IMG/VR virus record: IMGVR_UViG_3300037258_000125 | Span: 4,068 to 68,067 of that record | Source: a virus | Length of the DNA stretch: 64,000 nt | Strand: one strand, 5' to 3' | Part shown: in pieces, positions 56,280 through 64,000 of the stretch | How the letters are laid out: each line of letters starts with the position of its first letter | Numbering within the stretch: the stretch's first letter is position 1 | Program-made: the position numbers and the translations under genes | The notes under the pieces: model-generated | The model's input: the letters and a program-made list of their open reading frames with translations, nothing else | Told to the model about the DNA's origin: nothing | The model's database searches: none

Positions 56280-56749
56280 TGTCACATCGTTATCAGCAAG
56301 CCGAACCGAGATGCTCAAATCGGCTATTTGAGTGGGTATCTGCGCTCGCAATGTTACAGATGGGGATCATTGCTCTTGCTGCGAGCGGATTCGCAGACGT
56401 AGGTATCCATGTATCGATTGCGAGCCTTGATCTCGCATTTGGAGCTCTCTTGGATATGGGACTCTCTCTGAAATGGCTTGGAGTATTATTCTTCATATTC
56501 GGTGGAGCACGTCTAATTGCATTAAGGTTGAACGGGAGTTGGGTTCTTGGTCCTCATATTCGGATCATCTGTGCTCTCGTAGGACTATCAATTTGGGTCC
56601 AACTATTGTATGGTGTGGTTGATATCTATTACCAGACAGGAGATGTTCTTTTTACGGTGGCGATCTGGGATACTCTACTATGGGGCGAATATAAGTCGCT
56701 GACGCGTGCGGTTGTAGATATTCGTCGCAAGCCCTCTCCTGAAGAATAA
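56279..56749 (+). CDS. 4-TM membrane protein
   Basis: Four hydrophobic segments; RLIALRLNG. Confidence 0.7.
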   Translation: MSHRYQQAEPRCSNRLFEWVSALAMLQMGIIALAASGFADVGIHVSIASLDLAFGALLDMGLSLKWLGVLFFIFGGARLIALRLNGSWVLGPHIRIICALVGLSIWVQLLYGVVDIYYQTGDVLFTVAIWDTLLWGEYKSLTRAVVDIRRKPSPEE

Positions 56750-56753
56750 AGGA

Positions 56754-57146
56754 ATGGACACCATGCTAGAGGAGTTCAGTAAACTCCCGCAGTTTCTTCA
56801 GCTGTGCGTAGGTCTAGGCGCAGCTCTTGGTGCTTACTTCGCTGTAGCACGCGGGTTCAAGCTACGTAAAATTTTCGCCAATCAGGACCGGGATTCTGGG
56901 GCGGTAACAGCCGACTATGTACAGCAACAGCTTCAAATCACCCGTAAGGGTGTATACGAGCGTCAGGAGAAGTTTGGTCTTGAAGTAGATCAGCGTTATG
57001 ATCGTCTTGAGACTCGTGTTCGTGATACTGAAGTAGCTCATGCAGGTGTAAAGAGTGATATCAGTAACCTGCGTAATGACTCCAACAACCTGCGCAATGA
57101 GTTCAATAGCTTGCGTAATGAGATCTCTCGGAATAAACACAGATAG
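56754..57146 (+). CDS. TM + coiled-coil protein
   Basis: One TM then heptad repeats (NLRND/NLRNE/SLRNE). Confidence 0.65.
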   Translation: MDTMLEEFSKLPQFLQLCVGLGAALGAYFAVARGFKLRKIFANQDRDSGAVTADYVQQQLQITRKGVYERQEKFGLEVDQRYDRLETRVRDTEVAHAGVKSDISNLRNDSNNLRNEFNSLRNEISRNKHR

Positions 57147-57187
57147 GCGAGACCAAAATTATTTGTAGTTTGACCATCAAAAATTGG

Positions 57188-57216
57188 TTGACCGCGTTTC
57201 GAAGTCAATCTATAAT
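57188..57216 (+). promoter_or_regulatory. sigma70-like promoter of the head/tail operon
   Basis: TTGACC-N17-TATAAT; two more GACCA boxes upstream. Confidence 0.8.
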
Positions 57217-57246
57217 TGAGGGTAACAAGGTCCATTCGGTGGCGGG

Positions 57247-59115
57247 ATGATAAAGAACAAGAAGGGGAAATACTATCTTTATTCCCAGGATGGATCCAAG
57301 AAATTGGGCGGTCCTTACAATACACGTTCTGCTGCTACCGCTCGTGAGCGTCAGGTGACCTACTTCAAGAACCAATCCAATTACATCGGCATTCGCGCTC
57401 AGATCGGAGGTTCTTTCCGTACTGAGGCTTTCAATGGTAGAGAGTATACCGTTGTACCGGTTGTCGCTCTTGTCGAAGGGGTTCTCCAAGGGGTTACAGC
57501 TGAAGCACCTGAATTGGCGCTCGCTGAAGAGTTCGGAAGATTTCCTGCAGGATGGAATGGTCGTCCAGTTGTGATGGACCACCCGGAGATCGTAGTCGAC
57601 AATGTCGCCTATAAGGTCTCTGCGAATTCTCCTGCAATATTGGAGAAGTATCAATTCGGGTTCATGTTCAACTCCAAGATGGATGGCACACGCCTCCTTA
57701 CGGAAGCTTGGATTGATAATGAACGTGCTGGAGCGTTGAATACGGATTCTCAACGAGTTCTGGAACGCCTCAAAGCGAACGAGACCATCGAGATTTCAAC
57801 AGGTCTCTTCACTGGAGTGCTTGAGCATTCGGGACGCTTCAACAATGAAGACTACGCAGGTATTTGGAAAGGCGTCGTTCCAGATCATCTTGCATTCCTT
57901 CCTGAAGGGGCTACCGGTGCATGCTCAGTCGCCGATGGTTGTGGGGCAGCTCGTCAGAATCAAGCATCGTATGAAGTCCTACGAGCGAATTGTGGGACCA
58001 ACGTAGATTGTGGGTGTAATATGGCACAAGCTCAACCTGTACGTCTTGCAGCACATGCCCCTGCGAAGAAAAAGAAGCCTGGTGATCCAGGGTATGTTGC
58101 TCCTGCAGCTCCTCCGGTTGCGAATCCGAGTACTTCGGATGTCATGACCAACGAAAAGGCAGTCACATCCCTTGCTGACTACCTTGGGACTCTCGTGTCC
58201 GCAAACCTTGGTGCTCCCGACGGTCTCATGGATAGCGATGTTCGTTCGCTTCTGAGTGCCGCGGTTTCAGCCCTCTATCCCAACGATTTCTCCTACGTCG
58301 TCGGCTTCACCAACAAGACCTGTGTCTATATGGCATGGGACGACGACGATGGGACGTACTGCTATTTCCAATGCAGCTACAGCATCGACGACAACAAGAC
58401 GGTTACCTTTGGCAATGATATGCAGGAGGTGATCCTCACCACCCAAATCACACCCGTCACCGAAGCTGATGAAGACGGTGCGGATGCTGACCTTTCGGCG
58501 CAAGCCGGAAACCCCGGTGCTAGTGCACCAACCACGGAGACTGTCATGTCTACACCCGCTACGCCGGGAACTCCGGCTTCTGCGGCGACGATTACGGCCG
58601 CTCAGGCGCGTACGTATCTCGCCGACTTTGGTCACGACGCAGCTGCGTTGACCGCAATGACGGACGAAAATGTCCTCAAGCTGCATACGAAGGTCACTAC
58701 CAAAGTGACTGCACTCGCTGCTCCGGCGACTCCTGCTGTAACTGCTCCGGCAGTTGTTCCTGCGACTGCCGAACAGCCGAAGGTTCAGACCACTGCGGAA
58801 TATCTGCAGGCTGCGCCGGCGGAAATTCGCGAGTCGATGGAATCTGCGATGCGTCTGCAGAAGGCGCACAAGGATCGTCTCATCAAGGCTCTGCAAGATA
58901 CGAAGCGGTGCAAGTTCACCGTCGAGCAGCTTGCTGCGATGCCGGTCGATCAGCTCGAAAATCTGGCCTCTCTGGCTGATGTTCCGGCGCCTGCTGACTA
59001 CTCGGGGCTCAATACGAATTCGCAGCCCCGCGACAATGCGAACAGCTTCTCTGGTTTCGCTCCGGAGCCTCCGAAGTTGGTCGTCAGCAATCCTCCTGCT
59101 GCCGCTGCGGCGTAA
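57247..59115 (+). CDS. Prohead protease/scaffold (DUF2213-like)
   Basis: WNGRPVVMDHP, EISTG, PDHLAFL..GACS..DGCG; Ala/Pro-rich scaffold-like C-terminus. Confidence 0.85.
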   Translation: MIKNKKGKYYLYSQDGSKKLGGPYNTRSAATARERQVTYFKNQSNYIGIRAQIGGSFRTEAFNGREYTVVPVVALVEGVLQGVTAEAPELALAEEFGRFPAGWNGRPVVMDHPEIVVDNVAYKVSANSPAILEKYQFGFMFNSKMDGTRLLTEAWIDNERAGALNTDSQRVLERLKANETIEISTGLFTGVLEHSGRFNNEDYAGIWKGVVPDHLAFLPEGATGACSVADGCGAARQNQASYEVLRANCGTNVDCGCNMAQAQPVRLAAHAPAKKKKPGDPGYVAPAAPPVANPSTSDVMTNEKAVTSLADYLGTLVSANLGAPDGLMDSDVRSLLSAAVSALYPNDFSYVVGFTNKTCVYMAWDDDDGTYCYFQCSYSIDDNKTVTFGNDMQEVILTTQITPVTEADEDGADADLSAQAGNPGASAPTTETVMSTPATPGTPASAATITAAQARTYLADFGHDAAALTAMTDENVLKLHTKVTTKVTALAAPATPAVTAPAVVPATAEQPKVQTTAEYLQAAPAEIRESMESAMRLQKAHKDRLIKALQDTKRCKFTVEQLAAMPVDQLENLASLADVPAPADYSGLNTNSQPRDNANSFSGFAPEPPKLVVSNPPAAAAA

Positions 59116-59155
59116 CCGAGCACTCGCAAGCTCAATCCACTAGGAAACCAAGGTC

Positions 59156-59737
59156 ATGGTTGACGTCACGACTAATACCACGCCGCGGACCATTCTGCTC
59201 AAGGGGCGGAATGTCCACACCGAGCGTGTTGCTGGGGGAACTGTTCGCCCCGGTTCGTTTACCGTTCTCGCATCGGGTAATACCGTAACCGAGAACGCCA
59301 CTGCGAAGTCCAAGATTCCTCTGGCGATCGCAGTCGAAAACGAGCTCGAAGGGCTCGGGATCGATGACAGTTATCTCGTCAACGATCTGGTGCAGATGGA
59401 GCGTCTCCACGCCGGCATGGAAGTGCTTGCGTTCGTTGCCGCTTCTGCTGCAGCACTCGTCATCGGTGATCTCGTCGAACTCGACGGCGCCGGCGGTGTT
59501 CGCAAGATGTCTGCTGCGATTCCGCTCACTGACGCCGTTGGTACCCCGATTGGTACCGGCATCATGTTGGATGTGACTGCAACTCCGACGCAGACACTCG
59601 TCAACAACAACTTCGCAACGGTTGCGGCACAGTTTACTGCGCTGACGCAATCTACCGCCATCGGCCAAGTTCTCGCGGCCGTCGATAACTCGGGTAACAG
59701 CGGTAGCATCGCCCGTGTCCCCATCGTGATTCTGTAA
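59156..59737 (+). CDS. Head decoration protein (putative)
   Basis: Between scaffold and capsid; AVENELEG.GIDD.Y. Confidence 0.65.
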   Translation: MVDVTTNTTPRTILLKGRNVHTERVAGGTVRPGSFTVLASGNTVTENATAKSKIPLAIAVENELEGLGIDDSYLVNDLVQMERLHAGMEVLAFVAASAAALVIGDLVELDGAGGVRKMSAAIPLTDAVGTPIGTGIMLDVTATPTQTLVNNNFATVAAQFTALTQSTAIGQVLAAVDNSGNSGSIARVPIVIL

Positions 59738-59774
59738 TCCACAGATCACACAGAGTCACAAGGAACAACACAAC

Positions 59775-60824
59775 ATGGATCCCGCAGTCAACGTCGATAT
59801 GCTGACGGTCAATGCGTCGAACGGCAATGTCGGTGCTACCGGCTTTGTTGCTCAAGCACTCGCCGGCGGCTTCAACGTGAATCGCCTTCGTCCAGCTGGG
59901 CAGAACGAATCTCTGCAGCCCGACGGAACGCTTCGCGCGAATGCTACCCTGATGATCCGAGAGTGGATCCAACTCGATACGGCCGTGATCAATGTCGCGC
60001 GTCGTCGTCTGGTTGGTATTCAGGATCTGATCTCGGCCGGTCTCACCTATACAGTCGCCGACGCAATGGGCGTTACGCGGTTGGAATGGCAGAAGATCGG
60101 TGTGATGACCGGCGCCGATGTTTCGATGTCCGGCATCTCCAACTCGCAGAACGACCGTCAAGAATACGGTACCGATGCGTTGCCGATCCCGATCATCCAC
60201 AAAGAGTTCACGATGAATCTTCGCCAATTGGCGAGCACTCGTCGTATGGGAACTCCGCTGGATGTCACACAGGCTGAACTCTGCTCACGGTTGGTCTCCG
60301 AGAAGATCGAGACCATGCTGTTCCTGGGGTCGACTGTTCTCGGTTCGAATCGTCCGATCTATGGTTACGAGACTCAGCCGAATCGTGCGACTGGATCCGT
60401 TACCGCCTCTTGGGCATCTGCTGCGACTGGTCCGCAGATGCTGACCGACCTCTTGGCGATGATCCAGAAGCTGAAGGACAACAATATGTATGGGCCTTAC
60501 GGCTTGTACGTACCGTCTGCTGCCTTCACGCGTATGGGCAACGACTACGTCACCACGGCCAACCTCGCCGTATCTACCATGGCGCGCTTGCTCCAGACTC
60601 CGGGTATCTCCTTCATCAAGGAGTCGAAGGATCTGACCTCGTCGAACATCATCCTGGTTCAGTTGACCTCGGATGTGGTCGATCTGGTCGATGGTATGCA
60701 GCCCACGACCGTTCAGTGGGATTCGCCTGGCGGCTTCCAAGTGAACTTCAAGGTCATGGCGATCTTGATTCCTCGTGTGAAGGCCGATTACGTCAACCAA
60801 AGCGGCGTCTGTCACTACTCGTAG
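59775..60824 (+). CDS. Major capsid protein (HK97 fold, linocin/encapsulin-like)
   Basis: EWIQLD..V, LPIPIIHKEF, YGPYGLYV; size and position. Confidence 0.9.
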   Translation: MDPAVNVDMLTVNASNGNVGATGFVAQALAGGFNVNRLRPAGQNESLQPDGTLRANATLMIREWIQLDTAVINVARRRLVGIQDLISAGLTYTVADAMGVTRLEWQKIGVMTGADVSMSGISNSQNDRQEYGTDALPIPIIHKEFTMNLRQLASTRRMGTPLDVTQAELCSRLVSEKIETMLFLGSTVLGSNRPIYGYETQPNRATGSVTASWASAATGPQMLTDLLAMIQKLKDNNMYGPYGLYVPSAAFTRMGNDYVTTANLAVSTMARLLQTPGISFIKESKDLTSSNIILVQLTSDVVDLVDGMQPTTVQWDSPGGFQVNFKVMAILIPRVKADYVNQSGVCHYS

Positions 60825-60877
60825 CAAGTTCTACGAGATCGAGTCCTCCCTGCGTCCGTCCTTGGGCGTAGTCAACT

Positions 60878-60909
60878 GGGTGGGGTCTTAACGGATCCCA
60901 CCCTTCTTT
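60878..60909 (+). terminator. Terminator after the capsid gene
   Basis: GGGTGGGGTC-TTAACG-GATCCCACCC-TTCTTT. Confidence 0.75.
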
Positions 60910-60942
60910 CCTATCCAACAGCTTTACCCCGGGAGGGTAACA

Positions 60943-61239
60943 ATGGCAAAGAAAACCTATCGCGTTGTGCACGGTACGCACTCAATTCCGAATCCCGAAT
61001 TCAAACCGGACAAAGAAGGTAGCCACTCGCACGTCAATGTCGAAGCTGGCAAGACCTTCACGATCGACGAAGAGCGTGCGGTCGCCTTTACGGGTGGCCC
61101 GAATCCCAAGCTCGTCGAAGTCGGTTCGGAAGCTGAACGCCAGCACATTCGTCCAGCTGCTCCGACACCTGCGCCTGCTGTTCAGGCAACACCTGTACCT
61201 CCGACTCCGCCGGCTACACCTCCAACTCCGAACAAGTAA
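60943..61239 (+). CDS. Small virion-associated protein
   Basis: RBS GGGAGG; position after the capsid gene. Confidence 0.65.
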   Translation: MAKKTYRVVHGTHSIPNPEFKPDKEGSHSHVNVEAGKTFTIDEERAVAFTGGPNPKLVEVGSEAERQHIRPAAPTPAPAVQATPVPPTPPATPPTPNK

Positions 61240-61251
61240 CAAGGCGCCTGA

Positions 61252-61647
61252 ATGTCGGTAACTGACGCAGATGTGAAGGTAATCATCGACACCGAGCGTG
61301 ACACCACGCCGATGATTGCTGACGCAGAGCTGATCGTTACCGAGATCCTCGCTTCAAGTGGGCTGTCTCCTGCTCGGTTAGATCTTATTACCAAGTATGT
61401 GGCAGCCCACTTTGTTTGCCTGGTCGAAGAGAATGGTGGGATTACTCAAGAGAAGGTTGGTAACTCGGAGAATCGCTATATTGGCGTTCCTACGACTTAC
61501 AAATCTGTGACTCGCGGCTTCAATATTACCCGGTATGGGCAGCAAGCTCTCATGTTTGATACCTCTGGGTTATTGGCAGCTGCAACAGCAAATTCGGGCA
61601 TGAAAGCCCTCTTCAAAGTGATTGGGCATCATCATCATGAGGCTTAA
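61252..61647 (+). CDS. Head-tail adaptor
   Basis: VTDADVK..., YVAAHF, TRYGQQA..FD.SG. Confidence 0.8.
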   Translation: MSVTDADVKVIIDTERDTTPMIADAELIVTEILASSGLSPARLDLITKYVAAHFVCLVEENGGITQEKVGNSENRYIGVPTTYKSVTRGFNITRYGQQALMFDTSGLLAAATANSGMKALFKVIGHHHHEA

Positions 61648-61975
61648 TCGCACATACAAACAAGATATCACCCTATGGGCTATCTCGTCTGGAGATGATG
61701 GTCAAGGTAAACAGAATGTAGCTGCTCCTGTACAATTTAAGGGGCGCTGGGAAGATACTCAAGAGCAGTTTACTGACCGCACTGGACAAACGACTGTGAG
61801 CAAAGCTCATGTATTTATTCCTGCTGGTACATCTGCTCCGATCGATTCGTGGCTCTTTCTCGGGGTTTCAGCTGAAACTGATCCAACGACGCTCCCGAAC
61901 GCATGGCAAGTACGTGCTGTATCGAATACTCCGGATCTCCGGAACTTGGTGACTGAACAGGTTGCGATCTTATGA
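61637..61975 (+). CDS. Head closure protein
   Basis: Neck position; W...D..G..., RWED. Confidence 0.7.
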   Translation: MRLNRTYKQDITLWAISSGDDGQGKQNVAAPVQFKGRWEDTQEQFTDRTGQTTVSKAHVFIPAGTSAPIDSWLFLGVSAETDPTTLPNAWQVRAVSNTPDLRNLVTEQVAIL

Positions 61976-62403
61976 GCTTAGGCGTTTCACTCAGAGTTGG
62001 CAAGATCAGGTCAGGGACTGTAAAAGCCCAGATCGCAGATCTCAATGCTGCTGTCACCAGCATCTTCGATCAGATTGCAGGAGCATCGCCATACCTTGCT
62101 CTTGATGCGCTCCAACCGACGTTCAAGAAGTCTCAGGAGTATTGTCCGAAAAAGACAGGTGCTCTCGTCGATTCCGGATACCTTGAAATCACTTCCTTGG
62201 ATAGCCGAAATCCTCGCGTTGAGATGGGCTATGGATTGGGAGGTTCACCTCCATACGCAGTATATGTTCATGAGCAGGTGAACTTCTTCCATGCTCCCCC
62301 AACACGTGCGAAGTGGCTTCAGGCAGCAATGCTGGAAGATCTCCAAGCTCTATGGGCTCGTCTCATCACGAACTATCGTGAATTTACGGGGCCTGTATAC
62401 TAA
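61972..62403 (+). CDS. HK97 gp10-like neck/tail completion protein
   Basis: CPKKTGALVDS, PYAVYVHE, AKWL. Confidence 0.8.
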   Translation: MSLGVSLRVGKIRSGTVKAQIADLNAAVTSIFDQIAGASPYLALDALQPTFKKSQEYCPKKTGALVDSGYLEITSLDSRNPRVEMGYGLGGSPPYAVYVHEQVNFFHAPPTRAKWLQAAMLEDLQALWARLITNYREFTGPVY

Positions 62404-62855
62404 TGCCCTACACAATCGTTCAACCAGCTGAACAGCTCATGGGAATGCTTGCAACGGCAGGTATCGGTGCTGTAGGTGATGGATCAGGCGATCTTCCACG
62501 CCTTGGTATTGGGACTATGCCTGATACGCCTGATGTACAGATCGCCTTGTATGATTCCCCTGGGCAACCGCCTGATCCAAGATGGTTGCTTGATTACCCG
62601 TATGTCCAAGTTATGACGCGTGGAGCGCAGTTTGGGTACAAACAAGCTGCTATGCTAGCTCGTCAAGCTTACGACGTTCTCCTAGGTATCGTACCTGTGA
62701 CATTCGCTAACGGTGATCGCCTTGATGGCATCACTGGAATCGGAACACCTAGTTATATCGGCACTGACCAGAATAGTCGGCCGATCTTCTCGTGCAATTT
62801 CCGTCTGATTTTTGAGCCTGCGAAATCAGACCTAAGTAACAGGCAACCACTGTAG
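62403..62855 (+). CDS. Tail terminator-like protein
   Basis: MPDTPD, P.VQV..RG, GTDQNSR..FS.NF. Confidence 0.75.
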   Translation: MPYTIVQPAEQLMGMLATAGIGAVGDGSGDLPRLGIGTMPDTPDVQIALYDSPGQPPDPRWLLDYPYVQVMTRGAQFGYKQAAMLARQAYDVLLGIVPVTFANGDRLDGITGIGTPSYIGTDQNSRPIFSCNFRLIFEPAKSDLSNRQPL

Positions 62856-62865
62856 GAGGCCTACC

Positions 62866-63921
62866 ATGGCTGCAAAGAAAGTCCAGATCTCTGACGACGG
62901 TTCAACCTGGTACACCTTCCCAGGTGACACGGGTGATCTGCAAACGAACGGCACTGCAATCAAGGATACCGTGTTCGGTGAAGATTTCGAATCTTCACAG
63001 ACTGGTATGCTTGAATGGACGATGTCTGCGAACGGTATGTACAAAGGGTTCGCAGGTTATGTCGCAACTATCAAGAAGGCAGGTACATCTACTGCACTCA
63101 CTGCAGAGGCGTGTGGTCTCCTGTCAACCAGAGTCTATCAGGTTACGAACGTCGCACACCAGGTGCTCGATCGTACTGTGGCTCTCGTCGTCAAGGATGG
63201 ATCGACGGACGTCACTGCTGATGTGTTGTCGATTGACTATCTGTTCGGGATCATCACATTCAAGGGCAGCTATACTGTTCTTGGGTCGATCACTATCGAT
63301 TCCGGCAACTATTGGCCAATGGCTCAGATCGCAAAAGCGCAGACGTTCTCGCTCACGCAGACTGCAGCCACGATCGACGACTCTGATTTCGTATCCGCTC
63401 AAGGTAACGGTGGATACAAGACGATGGGCTACGGACTGTATACCATCGCTTTGGATCTCACAGGAATCTATGCTGTTTCGAATGCGTGGCTTGCAGCTCT
63501 CGTCGCGCGGTCTGAAGTCATGGTGGAGATCTGTCCAGACGGCAATAACAAGTCACGTTGCCGAGGCATCTTCAAACCAATGACGGAAGGTCAATCTGGC
63601 GCCGTCGGTGCTCTCGAAGCAGAATCCGTTAAGATGTCGCTATCGGTTCCGGATCCGTCGAATTATCCGCTCTTGACGGCTCCGTTCTCTTGGCGCCACG
63701 ATTCAGGTACCACACTCTCTGTTGCCATTCAGAAAGCGCTCACTGCATTCTTCGCTGGTAACAATCAAGAGTACTTCCAGTACCTGTATGATGGTACCAA
63801 TGGTCAATCCGGTCAAGGTGTCATCACTGACATCACATTGACTGGCGGCCTCGACGTCATGAACACCTTCGCTATGAAGATCTCTGGCGCCGGTGCAACG
63901 ACTGCTGTGGGTACGGGCTAA
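62866..63921 (+). CDS. Major tail tube protein
   Basis: 351 aa after the terminator gene; DTVFG..F.S.QTG..EW; RBS AGGAGG. Confidence 0.8.
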   Translation: MAAKKVQISDDGSTWYTFPGDTGDLQTNGTAIKDTVFGEDFESSQTGMLEWTMSANGMYKGFAGYVATIKKAGTSTALTAEACGLLSTRVYQVTNVAHQVLDRTVALVVKDGSTDVTADVLSIDYLFGIITFKGSYTVLGSITIDSGNYWPMAQIAKAQTFSLTQTAATIDDSDFVSAQGNGGYKTMGYGLYTIALDLTGIYAVSNAWLAALVARSEVMVEICPDGNNKSRCRGIFKPMTEGQSGAVGALEAESVKMSLSVPDPSNYPLLTAPFSWRHDSGTTLSVAIQKALTAFFAGNNQEYFQYLYDGTNGQSGQGVITDITLTGGLDVMNTFAMKISGAGATTAVGTG

Positions 63922-63968
63922 CCACTCCAGATCTGTAGCCCAATAGGACACAAACCCGGGAGGTTATT

Positions 63969-64000
63969 ATGTCCGAACTAAGAGATAAGTTGCGAGCCAA
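63969..64000 (+). CDS. Start of probable tail assembly chaperone (truncated)
   Basis: GGGAGG RBS + ATG MSELRDKLRA; position only. Confidence 0.45.
   Translation, partial: MSELRDKLRA

Noticed and set aside
59775-60824. Encapsulin nanocompartment
   Set aside because: Context (terminase, portal, protease, neck, tail) shows it is the phage capsid protein

Overview
Most of a tailed (siphovirus-type) dsDNA phage genome, circularly permuted. The tape-measure part of the tail operon lies outside the window. The + strand carries the virion and lysis arm: 50.6-64 kb has terminase, portal, DUF2213-like protease/scaffold, capsid, neck and major tail, and 1-11.6 kb has the lambda L/K/I/J-like tail tip, an RCC1-repeat fibre, a GH108 endolysin and holin-like genes. 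The - strand (11.7-50.3 kb) carries early and replication genes: a 7-deazaguanine DNA-modification set (folE, queD, queE, queC, a TGT/DpdA-like protein), dCTP deaminase, class II RNR, a UDG-fused PolA with an intein, SSB, Sak4-like ATPase, PD-(D/E)XK nuclease, SNF2-like helicase, primase-ATPase, RuvC-like resolvase and ligase. I saw no integrase, so a lytic lifestyle is inferred; an alphaproteobacterial host is only a tentative inference. The most notable unexplained features are: (i) three intergenic minus-strand structured RNAs (13.4, 30.7, 32.8 kb), one a three-way junction with a kissing loop upstream of folE; (ii) about ten sigma70-like promoters overlaid by phased GACY boxes, plus four paralogous HTH proteins; (iii) an AT-rich nested inverted repeat (origin or terminus candidate); (iv) macrodomain-like, NADAR-like and tandem DUF6527-like genes as possible counter-defence. 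All family assignments come from motif recognition by eye and all RNA structures were folded by hand; no searches were run.
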